From IMG/VR virus record IMGVR_UViG_3300031227_000187, positions 1 to 36,136 of that record: a stretch of 36,136 nucleotides of DNA, one strand, 5' to 3'. The notes beneath the pieces are model-generated. The model was given only the letters and a program-made list of their open reading frames with translations. It made no database searches and was not told where the DNA came from. The position numbers and the translations under genes are program-made. This document shows, piece by piece, positions 1-9,955 of this stretch (within the stretch, counting starts at the first letter, position 1; the number at the start of each line of letters is the position of its first letter). This DNA is from a virus. Its lineage: Duplodnaviria; Caudoviricetes.

Positions 1-31
1 CTAATTCAGCTTCCATACGCTCCTGTGGAGA

Positions 32-3000
32 TTATTTTGCAAATACCGTACCAGTAGGATTAAGGCTGTTCAGGGCTTCTTGAGCAAGGGGGGTGGTGGG
101 GGCTTGATCCAACCTCCGTGACCCCTCCGTGATGTCTGTGGGCTTTGTGGTGGTTTGGGGGGTGAGGGGTTTTACCTTATCTAATTTGAATACATTGTAA
201 TACTCATCCTTCCCCTGGTTGTGGTATATGGAATCGTATCCCAATGCTTCTATCACTTGCCTTGCTTTTTCGGCTGGTATTTTTTCCCCCTGCTTCTCAA
301 AGTGTTTAACCATAGAGTCCCATAATGCACGATTATTTGAGTAGTCTAATCCCTGGAGGTCTTTTTTCGATAATCCAAGTTTAGTAATTTGGGGCAACAG
401 TGGGTTGTCTCCGAATTGGTCCTTCTCTGTGCGTAGGAAATCACTATAACTTACTCGATCAGGGTGGTCTTCACTTGCTAATGTCCGTTTTTTCCAGGCG
501 AATTGAGTCTTGCCATCTTTATCAAATCCACCAGTGGGAACAGCCTCTTGCCCTAAATCTAATATAGTGGGTGGCTTGGGGTCTAATTGGAATACCTTAC
601 CAGTATCTACATTTACTTTTCGTACTGATCCCGCTTCTTGTCCCTCCGCATATCTTCCAGCAAGATCTTGGTGTGGTGTAACACTAAGTCCTTTCCCATA
701 TTTGTTATGTTGAAGATTCCTATCAGAAATCTGCAAAGGCCCAGAGGTTTCAGTAGCGTGATACATTTCAACAGGCTTAGTAACTCCCCCCTCAACAGGC
801 GGTACTTGGGTAGGGGGTTTACCAAACAACGGCAAATCATCCGTTCCCATATTCAAACTGCCTTGTTTAGAGACTGGACCTGTTTCTTTGGTTTGACGAG
901 ATGCTTGTTGTCTCCCAATAATAGTTGCAGCTTGTTTTCTTGCTTCGGTAAGATTCAATTCTATCCCAGCTTTACTAGCAGCATCTACTAATTCATCGGC
1001 TTTCTGGTCAATGACTTTTGTTATATCTTCTTTTTCTACTCCCAGATCCAGTTCTCCAGGTGGAGCTTTAGATACTGCGGGCTTAGCCACTGGCTTTTCT
1101 GGGGATATCAACGATCCCTTGTCTATCCTGATTTTCCCTTCTTCCCCTTCAAACGGTAACCAAGTTGTACGTCCGTTTTCATCCTTTATCTGTACCGCTT
1201 GTTCGCTTTCTTTTATGACTTTGTTGTCCGCTCCGAATATCTTAAATTCATCCCCAACTTTTAGCTTATCCCCAGTTATGTCGTAGCTTCGGTTTTGTAT
1301 CCATTCGTCATATTCAAACCCATAATCTTCTCGTTCTTTATTGTATGCCCTTTGTGCCTTTACTGCTGCATATTCTCTCTTGAGTAATTCCCCCATCTTG
1401 CTTGTATCTCCGTCATCCAAAAGTTTAGCATGCACAAGCATCATTGCCAACTGATCCGGTTTCGTTGTTCCTCCATAGACTTTGGGACCAAAATCTCCTA
1501 AGTCTATGGCACTTGGCAAAGTATCGTATTCTCCTTTACTTCCAACAGTACGCAATCCACCTTTTCCAATCATCGGATTCTCCATAGCAATATCTAGAGC
1601 AGGACTCAATGATTTTGGGTCTATCCCTGGCTGTGGTACAAACGGGATATACGGTGCTTTCTCCTTTTGTTTTACTTCTCCGAAGTCTACCTCTTCAGCC
1701 AGTCCTCTTGATTCGTATATCTTGCCACGAATAAGGTTAAGTACGTCCTCGGTATATGGTTTCGTAGCCTTATCTTTATTGGCGATAATGTCTTTTAATG
1801 CAACCCTTACGTTTACCCTTGTTAAGTCTGGGCCAGTTTTTCTCAGGTCCATTGCTACTCCAGCCTGACTCGCCTGGGTCTTGAGCATGTCTTTGGCTAT
1901 CCCTACAATCTCATGTGGTAGGACTTCTGTATCTCTTGCCAGGTCTGACGAGGCAGGGTACTTCTCTTCTGGAAGAGACTTACGAAACTTATTAATTTTT
2001 CTAGCAATTGCAGCAGAGCTTGGTGGACCTGTACTATTGAACTTTTCTCCAATACCTTCTAATATCTTCGTGAGTTCCTTCTTGTTCTCTTTTACATCAA
2101 CTGCTTTGACATGATCCTTGAATCCAAACTTTGTGAAAGGGTCGGTGGGGATATCTTGGGTAGCACTTACTCCATCTGGTGGGACATTAAACCTCGAAGG
2201 GATATCCCCAGACTCTTCCTTGATTGCTAATGCCGTAGTCTTTGCCCCTTCCCATACTTCGGGGTCTAACTCGTTATATAGCTTATTCAGTTCAGGACTC
2301 TTCCACTCTTCTTTGGTTATGTTACGAGGGTCTTTAACGAGGGCAGCTATTTGTTTCCCAAGGTCTAATTCTGTTGGTTGAACACGTGTTCCATCGGTAA
2401 CTGCTTTAGCCCCAACCCCCATATCTCCACCCACAACCACTTGGTCGGTGGGGGGGATGGGTGGGGTTGAGCCACTTAACTCCGTAGCGGGCGCATTAGG
2501 GGGCTTTATGGGGATTCCTGGGGCTATTGCTTGTGCTTGGAGTAACTCCTCGACCTTCTCGGCATTATTAGCCCGGACCTGCTGTTCATTCAGATTTAGA
2601 GTTTCATTACGCATCATCTTCTCACTAACACTCTCTACTGTAGGATTAGCTTCTAGCTCAGAGGTATTGACTACTTTGGCGAGTTCAGTTTGGGCCTGTG
2701 ATAATTGCCCTGTAAGTTGGGTAAGTTGTGGAGTTTGGGGAGCATCAAATCCACCCAGCTTGACTATCTGGTCTCCAATCCTGTCTATCCTATCCTTTAA
2801 CTGCCCCTCACTGGGGGAAGGAATACGATGTGCGACAGTAATTTTCTTAGGAGTTTTATTTGCATCTGGATCGACAAACGTGGTCTGTTGTCGGGCTGTA
2901 GTCTCAAAACTTTCTTTTTTGGGGTCAACTGGTAGAGCAAGTTTCTGGTGGAGGATGGATTGAATAACAGAGGGGCGTTTAAATCCGTTCTTTGTCCAAT

Positions 3001-4423
3001 AATTTGCGCTCTCAGGATACTTTTTAAATAGTTCTATCATCCGTTGATCTTGAGCGGTAAGGGGTGGCCCCGGTCGACCTCTCCCTCGATTCTGAATATA
3101 CTTAACTCTGTCGGCAGAAAGTTTATTAGGGAAGTTATTATGTATGAACATTGCGTCTTTAAACGCACCATGACGTATGTCCGGCCCAAGATTTCTAGCA
3201 TTTTGCCACACACCCTTGAAGTCCATTGCCCACTTGATATCCTGAAAGGTTTGCTTCGGACTCTTAAAACTTATATTCTTCAGGGTTTTGATGGCTGGTT
3301 TCCCACCCATATACATATATGCAATCCCGATTGATTCTGCCGCCTCAAGGGGTGTGCCGAGCATGGGGATAGTAAGTGACTCCGAGAGGATTCTATCTAC
3401 TTCAACCAGTTTCTTACCCTCTTTAGAGTCTAGATTAAACACTCTCCACGGTTTGTCGGGTTCTTCACGCAGTTGTTGCCCAAAAGTCCCAATCCAATCA
3501 CCCGCGGCCTGAAGTTCATCATTTATCAGACCCATTCTGCTCCTATCAGGAGCGTCACGTTGTACACCAGGGGTCGTAACGTATTCTTTAACCCTCTTCG
3601 GTGTATCATATAGCCATTTGCCATAATCTGTTACCGCCTTTAGTTCTTGTTTAGGGCTTATCCCCAAAGTTTTTTCAAATGCTTGGTTCGCTATCTCCCA
3701 AGCCATCTCCGCTGTATCTCCAATCCCCGGTAATGGTAATCCGGGTTGTTCGATAGGCACTGGATCTCCAATGCCCCCGCCGGGCATCATGCCACCAAAC
3801 GGACCCCCCTGCTCTACTGTCATGGGCTGGGAGGGAATACCATCAATCGGTACACCTTCAACCCCTAAAGTCTCAACAGGGGCAAGTAACGCCCCAATCC
3901 CAGGCAATGGTAACCCCTCTTCCCTCTTCCCGTATTGCGCCCTCAACGCTTCATCCATCTCAGGTGGCATAGTACTTTGTGGAGGCACGAATGGCTCTGT
4001 GGATGTTATTCCAGGGCCAGAAGTAGTGGGTGCTGGAGTTTCCCCGGTATCAAGAGCAAGTGCAAATGGAGCATCGAAAGGATTTCGTGGACTCGGTACA
4101 CCATCAACAGCTAAAGTCTCGTCTGCGGGCATCTCAGGCGGTTTAACGGCATACTCAGGGGGAGTGGGTTGTTCCTGTACTGGGGGAGGAGAGCTAGTGT
4201 CCAGCCAATCAAAGGCTTCGTATGCTTCGTCTGTAGATTGAGACTGGTTAAGTGCTGGTGATGCTACAGGGGATTCTTCTTCGGTAAGCCAATCGAATGC
4301 TTCGTATGCCTCATCTACAGATTGAGATTGAGTGACATATTCTTTAGCTTTAACTGGTGCTTCTGGTTCTTCACTAAGCCAGTCAAATGCCTCAAAAGGA
4401 TTGTTTCGCAGGCTTTCATTCAT
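32..4423 (-). CDS. Giant virion ejection/polyvalent protein with C-terminal ADP-ribosyltransferase-like domain
   Basis: 1463 aa, at the distal end of the tail module. Acidic Pro-rich N-terminus with EAFDWL repeats. C-terminal motifs MYHAT, YGKGLSVT, AGRYA, GYDSI, DEYYNVF match the ART pattern of phage polyvalent proteins. Confidence 0.7.
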   Translation of the reverse strand: MNESLRNNPFEAFDWLSEEPEAPVKAKEYVTQSQSVDEAYEAFDWLTEEESPVASPALNQSQSTDEAYEAFDWLDTSSPPPVQEQPTPPEYAVKPPEMPADETLAVDGVPSPRNPFDAPFALALDTGETPAPTTSGPGITSTEPFVPPQSTMPPEMDEALRAQYGKREEGLPLPGIGALLAPVETLGVEGVPIDGIPSQPMTVEQGGPFGGMMPGGGIGDPVPIEQPGLPLPGIGDTAEMAWEIANQAFEKTLGISPKQELKAVTDYGKWLYDTPKRVKEYVTTPGVQRDAPDRSRMGLINDELQAAGDWIGTFGQQLREEPDKPWRVFNLDSKEGKKLVEVDRILSESLTIPMLGTPLEAAESIGIAYMYMGGKPAIKTLKNISFKSPKQTFQDIKWAMDFKGVWQNARNLGPDIRHGAFKDAMFIHNNFPNKLSADRVKYIQNRGRGRPGPPLTAQDQRMIELFKKYPESANYWTKNGFKRPSVIQSILHQKLALPVDPKKESFETTARQQTTFVDPDANKTPKKITVAHRIPSPSEGQLKDRIDRIGDQIVKLGGFDAPQTPQLTQLTGQLSQAQTELAKVVNTSELEANPTVESVSEKMMRNETLNLNEQQVRANNAEKVEELLQAQAIAPGIPIKPPNAPATELSGSTPPIPPTDQVVVGGDMGVGAKAVTDGTRVQPTELDLGKQIAALVKDPRNITKEEWKSPELNKLYNELDPEVWEGAKTTALAIKEESGDIPSRFNVPPDGVSATQDIPTDPFTKFGFKDHVKAVDVKENKKELTKILEGIGEKFNSTGPPSSAAIARKINKFRKSLPEEKYPASSDLARDTEVLPHEIVGIAKDMLKTQASQAGVAMDLRKTGPDLTRVNVRVALKDIIANKDKATKPYTEDVLNLIRGKIYESRGLAEEVDFGEVKQKEKAPYIPFVPQPGIDPKSLSPALDIAMENPMIGKGGLRTVGSKGEYDTLPSAIDLGDFGPKVYGGTTKPDQLAMMLVHAKLLDDGDTSKMGELLKREYAAVKAQRAYNKEREDYGFEYDEWIQNRSYDITGDKLKVGDEFKIFGADNKVIKESEQAVQIKDENGRTTWLPFEGEEGKIRIDKGSLISPEKPVAKPAVSKAPPGELDLGVEKEDITKVIDQKADELVDAASKAGIELNLTEARKQAATIIGRQQASRQTKETGPVSKQGSLNMGTDDLPLFGKPPTQVPPVEGGVTKPVEMYHATETSGPLQISDRNLQHNKYGKGLSVTPHQDLAGRYAEGQEAGSVRKVNVDTGKVFQLDPKPPTILDLGQEAVPTGGFDKDGKTQFAWKKRTLASEDHPDRVSYSDFLRTEKDQFGDNPLLPQITKLGLSKKDLQGLDYSNNRALWDSMVKHFEKQGEKIPAEKARQVIEALGYDSIYHNQGKDEYYNVFKLDKVKPLTPQTTTKPTDITEGSRRLDQAPTTPLAQEALNSLNPTGTVFAK
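2380..2391. repeat. Palindrome GAACACGTGTTC, copy 1 (intragenic)
   Basis: Read directly; 2373-2393 is identical over 21 bp to 20230-20250. Confidence 0.9.
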
Positions 4424-6471
4424 TATCTATAGGTACTGGTAATCTTGTTTTTTAAGTCGTCAAGGATAGAATTGCTTGTAGTATTCCATCCATAAAACTT
4501 GCCCAGGGCAGTAGTATTAAGAATTTGCTTCATTGCTAAAGACTTCTTCCCAGCTTGCATTGCCTTCTCTATTGCGGAGGTTTTGTCTTCAGGAGACATC
4601 TCATTGAATTTCCAAGCTGCTACTATTGGTGCTGCTTGAGGTGAAATGGCGAATAGTATGTTTTTCTTCGCAAATTCTCTATCCTTTTCTGGCATTTCTG
4701 AAACCATGCCATTTAGCTTGGCTTCAAATAGAGATGGGGTTATAACCACGTTTCCTTCTTCATCTTCCTCTGACTGGGTAGGATTCATTCCTACTCCTGA
4801 GTTTATCATCTTCCTTAACGCCTTAAGATCTGCTCTTTTGTCAGAACGAAGATATGACACTGTACCATTTAATAGTTCTGTGGTAATGCTCTTTCCTTGC
4901 CAGAGTGTTGCATAGAGAGCAGCTTGTATCGAATCTCGATCCATTGGATTAGATCCTTCTGCATATCCCATCCCCCTTAAGAATACTGAAATGTCACTAT
5001 CGTCTTTCGCTATCCCCATTTGTTTTTTTAGATCAGCTACAGTTGCTTTATAAGTTTCAAGCTGAGAATCATTCTCTATAATCTGTCCAACTTCATTGAT
5101 CGAATTATTGTACGGAACTGCCATCTCTCTTCGGGTCTTCTCTGGGAGCATATAGTGATTATTTACCATGCTCAATTCTTCAGCTTTGATGTCTCTAAGG
5201 GTAGAATGTATTTTCGCAAGATCATCTTTTTCTCTGGAAAGAGTTTCCTGCCATTCCTGGGTTATCCCTACATTGCTACTGGCATTGGTAAGAGCCTTCT
5301 TCTCTGCCTTTTTCCGTTTAAGGATTTTTTCGTTGTCTGAATCATCTTTCATCATGTTCTGGAGTATGTTTTCAATATATGACGCTGGAACCTTTTTCCC
5401 TTTGAATATCACATATCCAGATGCAGGGCTATCAGTAACTAACCCTTCCGATGCTTTCTCGTTTGCGGTTAATCCTGTCTCTAACTCAGTTATTTCTTTA
5501 GTAAGGGTACTTACCTTATTCATCGCTGCCTTTCCCCATCCCTGATCTTCCATTCTCATCGCAACGTTGGGAGATACATCTAATGCTTTCTGGGCTAACT
5601 CAAGTCTATCAACTCTGCCTTGCTCCAACTTCTTTGTTTGTTTCTGAAGTTGTAGATTCTTTTCGAGAAACGCTTGTTCTTTGTCTGTCTTCTGACGTGC
5701 AAATTCATATTCGGGGAATGCACTGGACATCTGGGCTAATGCTTCAGGGTCAGTTTTTATCTTAAAAAGAACATTTGACTTGGGAAGGATAGCTTCTCCG
5801 CTATCTAAAGTTTCTTCTTTTGCATTAAGAAAAGTTGCCCCATCAGCTACTTCTACATTGAGAATAGGCTTTCCGTCTGGCCCAACTACCATAGAAGATA
5901 ATGTTACTGCATCCCCAAATTTAGTTTTGAGAGTTTCTCTTATATCCTCTTCAGATTTGTCGGATGCCCACATCTGTACTGGGGCCGTACCCTCGCTTAT
6001 TGAACCAGGACCAAATCCTTCCGTTGATAGAGTACTAATATTATTATAATAATTAGCCCAATACTCATCTGACTTTGGCTCTCTTGTCCTCATCAACAAT
6101 TCTTCAGCTGTAAGCTCTCCAGGGAGACTATTCCCAGATCCCGTTGGCTTAGTTTTATTATTCGTCTTTGGAGGGGTTGCATTGGTTTTTGCTGGAGCAT
6201 CCGCAGAACCTGTTGCTCCAAGTAACTGCTGTTTAGCAACATAGTCTTTTTGTGCCTTGGCTTGGATTAGAGCTTGAAGTCGCTGGTTCATCTCTCCACG
6301 AGCAGAAGGTTCAAGACCCATTGATCCTATAGTAGCGTCTATACCTGCATTAAATGGATCAAGTGGATTGGGTTCAGGAGTTTGACTGGGGGAAGCGTTG
6401 TATTCCGAAGAAGAGGATGACTGCTGGTTATATAGCCGATCTAATCCGAATTGTTCCATAAAATCTGGCAT
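4423..6471 (-). CDS. Putative internal virion/ejection protein
   Basis: 682 aa, helical/coiled-coil, K/E/Q rich; 1-nt overlaps with both neighbours; position downstream of the tail genes. Confidence 0.55.
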   Translation of the reverse strand: MPDFMEQFGLDRLYNQQSSSSSEYNASPSQTPEPNPLDPFNAGIDATIGSMGLEPSARGEMNQRLQALIQAKAQKDYVAKQQLLGATGSADAPAKTNATPPKTNNKTKPTGSGNSLPGELTAEELLMRTREPKSDEYWANYYNNISTLSTEGFGPGSISEGTAPVQMWASDKSEEDIRETLKTKFGDAVTLSSMVVGPDGKPILNVEVADGATFLNAKEETLDSGEAILPKSNVLFKIKTDPEALAQMSSAFPEYEFARQKTDKEQAFLEKNLQLQKQTKKLEQGRVDRLELAQKALDVSPNVAMRMEDQGWGKAAMNKVSTLTKEITELETGLTANEKASEGLVTDSPASGYVIFKGKKVPASYIENILQNMMKDDSDNEKILKRKKAEKKALTNASSNVGITQEWQETLSREKDDLAKIHSTLRDIKAEELSMVNNHYMLPEKTRREMAVPYNNSINEVGQIIENDSQLETYKATVADLKKQMGIAKDDSDISVFLRGMGYAEGSNPMDRDSIQAALYATLWQGKSITTELLNGTVSYLRSDKRADLKALRKMINSGVGMNPTQSEEDEEGNVVITPSLFEAKLNGMVSEMPEKDREFAKKNILFAISPQAAPIVAAWKFNEMSPEDKTSAIEKAMQAGKKSLAMKQILNTTALGKFYGWNTTSNSILDDLKNKITSTYR

Positions 6472-7349
6472 TAGTCTATATATACCCAGCTTATGCCAGG
6501 TTCTCCCATTTGTGATAATGCTGAAGACAAGATACTTGCCAATCCCCGATTCTCACTGGTTTGTGAACCATAGATAGAAGCAAGAAAACTATTATAACTA
6601 GCCCTTATCTTTGCCGCATTATCTGCGTTAGACATTGATACTTGAGTGGTTACATTAGCGTTACGTACATATTTCTCCTGTATATGCTCAGAGTTGCTAA
6701 CGAATGCTTTCATTCGGTCAGAGATAATACTACTCATTAAAGACGCACGTGGGCTGAGTTTACCACTAACAATATTAGCTTTAACCTGTGCTTCAGCAAT
6801 TTTCCCCTGTAGATATTCGTGTTCCCCGGCAACTATACCAGCCTCGATATCCTTTCCTAACTTAGTGAGTAGCTCAATGTATTTAGCTATCTGTCCAGTA
6901 GATGCACCATAAATAGAAGCAACCCCTAAAGCGTCTTCTGCTCTCCTAAAATTATATTCTGCCAGTGAACGTGTTGCGTTAAGTATTGCTGTTCGTGCAG
7001 CTGCACATGGTATGTCTACATCATCTGGAGCGTAGCCAAGGTCAGCTTCTAATACTGCTATCTCTGTTGCCACTACTGGTATATCTGCGGTAGCTACTGA
7101 TCCAGTGGTAGTAATCTCTGATGCAGTAGCGGTAGGCTCATCAGTATTTGGAGTGGGGGCCGTAGATGATGGTGTGCTGGCTTCTTCTTCCCACTTGGTA
7201 AGTATATCAGCTAGATTGCCATAAGCAGCATGACCGATCCCTTTAGAACTAGCTTGTCCAACTCCGCCCGTCCAATTTGAATCTCGCAATGATACTTCGC
7301 CAAGAGGGACCTTAGCTATTGCATCTTTCTTTGTTGGTTTCTTTGCCAT
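6471..7349 (-). CDS. Putative ejection (DNA transfer) protein
   Basis: 292 aa, Ala/Ser-rich helical C-terminal half; position in ejection cluster. Confidence 0.5.
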   Translation of the reverse strand: MAKKPTKKDAIAKVPLGEVSLRDSNWTGGVGQASSKGIGHAAYGNLADILTKWEEEASTPSSTAPTPNTDEPTATASEITTTGSVATADIPVVATEIAVLEADLGYAPDDVDIPCAAARTAILNATRSLAEYNFRRAEDALGVASIYGASTGQIAKYIELLTKLGKDIEAGIVAGEHEYLQGKIAEAQVKANIVSGKLSPRASLMSSIISDRMKAFVSNSEHIQEKYVRNANVTTQVSMSNADNAAKIRASYNSFLASIYGSQTSENRGLASILSSALSQMGEPGISWVYID

Positions 7350-7354
7350 GATAT

Positions 7355-7798
7355 TTATACTATATCGGTAATAGGATACTGGTACTGGATTCTTGAAGCC
7401 AAAGAACTTTCACGTTCCTGCAGTAATCTATTTTGCTGATCTTGCTGCTGTTTTGCAAGACGTTTGCGAGCTTCGACTAATCGTTGCTGGTAGGCAAATG
7501 TTTCGTCAGAATAGTCCCTAAAAACCTGACCACCAGATCCACCACTTGACCTTATGTCTTTCTTCCATACAGCATCCATAACAGGACTAGGGCCAGCAGC
7601 ACGTAATTCATTCTGCTGCTGTCCTAACCTCATCTTCCCGAAATCATAAATAGCGTCAGGGGTATCCCATTCATATGTACCGTCTTCTGGATTAGAAGTA
7701 GAGTCTTGACCATAGGTTTCGGACAGAGTAGTACTACGAAGTGGTTGTATCGGTGAACTCTGATTTGATTGAACAAGAAGGTCTTCAAGCGTAGCCAT
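7355..7798 (-). CDS. Hypothetical virion-associated protein, paralog of 7810-8199
   Basis: 147 aa with GGAGG SD; shares the TP..Y.FG.MR..QQ...LRA.G..PV block and the C-terminal YQ.PITDIV with its neighbour. Confidence 0.75.
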   Translation of the reverse strand: MATLEDLLVQSNQSSPIQPLRSTTLSETYGQDSTSNPEDGTYEWDTPDAIYDFGKMRLGQQQNELRAAGPSPVMDAVWKKDIRSSGGSGGQVFRDYSDETFAYQQRLVEARKRLAKQQQDQQNRLLQERESSLASRIQYQYPITDIV

Positions 7799-7809
7799 CA
7801 GAAACCTCC

Positions 7810-8199
7810 CTATACAATATCAGTAATAGGGAACTGATACTTATACCGCTCTTCAAGGTCTCGTAGGTTTCTCCGGTAAAGGGTCATCCGCTGCTGATAC
7901 TGAGACTGAGCTTGGTCCTTGGCAGCGTTATAATGCCTCCAACCTTTGAGTTGACCTCCTAATGCAGAGATATAATCAGCATTCTTTGCTACAGGAGCAG
8001 CTCCTATAGCTCTCAAAGAAGACATTTGCTGACGAATCCGCATACGACCAAAATTATACACATCTTCTGGAGTTTCATACTGGTAATCGTCAGGTGGAGC
8101 ATCAGCTAACTCACCGTAGCCGTTATCCGAACTGCCATTACTATTCATATAGTTCAGATACGAATCAGAGTCTCCGGTGCTTTGGTATCTATCTTCCAT
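7810..8199 (-). CDS. Hypothetical virion-associated protein, paralog of 7355-7798
   Basis: 129 aa with AAAGGAGG SD; shared motifs as above. Confidence 0.75.
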   Translation of the reverse strand: MEDRYQSTGDSDSYLNYMNSNGSSDNGYGELADAPPDDYQYETPEDVYNFGRMRIRQQMSSLRAIGAAPVAKNADYISALGGQLKGWRHYNAAKDQAQSQYQQRMTLYRRNLRDLEERYKYQFPITDIV

Positions 8200-8282
8200 T
8201 TTACTTTCCTCCTTTGTTAGTATTGATAGCCAGCGAACTGTTTGCCAGCGTAATTTCTTAAATAAGCAAACTCATCTATTAA

Positions 8283-9140
8283 TCAGCTTCGCCGGGCAAG
8301 ACTTTCCGCTCTCTGTGTAGCCATCCTTGCTCTATTTCTTGATACCCCTGACAAGTCACGCCAATTAGAGGAGGATGAGTTATTTGATCTATTGTAGGCA
8401 AATTGGGAAGAAACGCTCGGTGATGGAAGATCGGGGCTTATTGGAACTGAAGATGATTGAGATGCAAAGGAAGTGCCTCCACCGCCAAATAATTGGTTGT
8501 TTCTATGACTTCTAGAAGTGCCATAATCATAATCTTCATAAAGATTTTGGTCTGGATCTGTCCGAGAATCGGGCATACCTGGGGGGAGGTTAATTGGGGG
8601 TTTCTTTCCACGATCACGAAACCAGCGATGCCAGGCATCAAGCCGATTCTGGGTGTTTTGTAGATTATCTGCGATTTCTTGGGCAGTGCCTAAATTAGAA
8701 GATGGCAAAGCATCCCATTCAGCCTGTGTTCTCCACACCCCATCTCCAAAGTTTCGCTTGGTGTGCTCTAGAGCATATTTTTTGTTACGCATATTTATGT
8801 TATGCTCTCTCATGGCTGAGTGTTCTCTGGCATTCTTTTCACCAAAAACATCATTGTAAACACCATAATTCCAACCGTCACCATCAGGATCACTGCCCTC
8901 ATAAGAATACCCTTCAGGGGGTGGAACTCTCCCATAACCAGGATAATACCAGTCAGGGACATCACTTGATTGGTGGCCGAAAGCAGAATATCCATCAGGA
9001 CCAAGGGGGAAAGCTCCATATTGGGAATTATCGCCGTAAGGGAGGCCATAAACATAGTCATCATTACCAGGATATATACCTTCATTAATACCATCTTGCC
9101 AAAAATGTACGTTTGGATCGTAATATATAGGTGTTGTCAT
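8283..9140 (-). CDS. Hypothetical Tyr/Gly/Asp-rich protein (ejection cluster)
   Basis: 285 aa low-complexity ORF in the operon; the frame stays open 21 codons past the TGA to a TAA at 8217-8219. Confidence 0.7.
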   Translation of the reverse strand: MTTPIYYDPNVHFWQDGINEGIYPGNDDYVYGLPYGDNSQYGAFPLGPDGYSAFGHQSSDVPDWYYPGYGRVPPPEGYSYEGSDPDGDGWNYGVYNDVFGEKNAREHSAMREHNINMRNKKYALEHTKRNFGDGVWRTQAEWDALPSSNLGTAQEIADNLQNTQNRLDAWHRWFRDRGKKPPINLPPGMPDSRTDPDQNLYEDYDYGTSRSHRNNQLFGGGGTSFASQSSSVPISPDLPSPSVSSQFAYNRSNNSSSSNWRDLSGVSRNRARMATQRAESLARRS

Positions 9141-9142
9141 AA

Positions 9143-9343
9143 TTATACCTCAAATATTTTTAACCATGTTTTGTGGCCATTGATATTACACCACCAATCT
9201 CCAGTAGTTCTCATGAACATCTGAAACTGCATGCCAGACTGATTATTGTTTGGGATAAAGTCTCCAGCCAAAACAGGCCTAACCATCCTCTGTGGGCCAC
9301 TAGTCATATCTACGGCAATAGCTTGTAATTCTGAAGTTGCCAT
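9143..9343 (-). CDS. Small hypothetical tail-region protein
   Basis: 66 aa; fills the gap between neighbours with 2-3 nt spacing. Confidence 0.6.
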   Translation of the reverse strand: MATSELQAIAVDMTSGPQRMVRPVLAGDFIPNNNQSGMQFQMFMRTTGDWWCNINGHKTWLKIFEV

Positions 9344-9346
9344 TTA

Positions 9347-9955
9347 TCACCATTGGTGGATATATTTTGTTTCATCTTTTTCTTTGGCTTTTTCTGCTTC
9401 AACTTTCATGGCTTCTATTCTTGCTCTTCCAGCCATTATTTGATTCTGGAGATTAACCCTAGATGCTTCTTTCTGGGATGCCATTTGCCCTGACAATTGA
9501 GCCATGCGAGCCATACTCTCTTGTCTCATTTTCTCCATTCTTACAACTGACTTGTCTTGTTTTATCTTACGAGCCAACTCTGGGTTAGTCTTCGACATTG
9601 ACATCAAATCCTTATCGCCAATTGTCATAGCTGCGCCACGTATGGCTTCTCGTTCTTTCGCTATAGCCATTGCTTGGTTAGTGTCCCACGACATACGTTT
9701 TGCCTGGTATAAAGGATTCTTCTTCATGTTTATGGCTGCTTGCTGTGCCTGCTTAACCTGATATGCCGGTGGTTCAGAACTTGCAAGTCCACCAATTTGA
9801 CCACCAGACTCATATTGCATCTTATAGAACGCTTTTAATCGTTCTAATGGAGAATCAACTGGTTCTCCCGCAACACTTCCACCGCCAGATTGCATTGGCA
9901 TTCGGCTTCTGCCCCACTTGCCCCCCCATGATGAATTATTATCTTGTAGTGTCAT
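9347..9955 (-). CDS. Putative ejection protein (coiled coil)
   Basis: 202 aa, M/Q/A/K-rich helical; directly follows the nozzle gene; GGAGG SD. Confidence 0.55.
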   Translation of the reverse strand: MTLQDNNSSWGGKWGRSRMPMQSGGGSVAGEPVDSPLERLKAFYKMQYESGGQIGGLASSEPPAYQVKQAQQAAINMKKNPLYQAKRMSWDTNQAMAIAKEREAIRGAAMTIGDKDLMSMSKTNPELARKIKQDKSVVRMEKMRQESMARMAQLSGQMASQKEASRVNLQNQIMAGRARIEAMKVEAEKAKEKDETKYIHQW

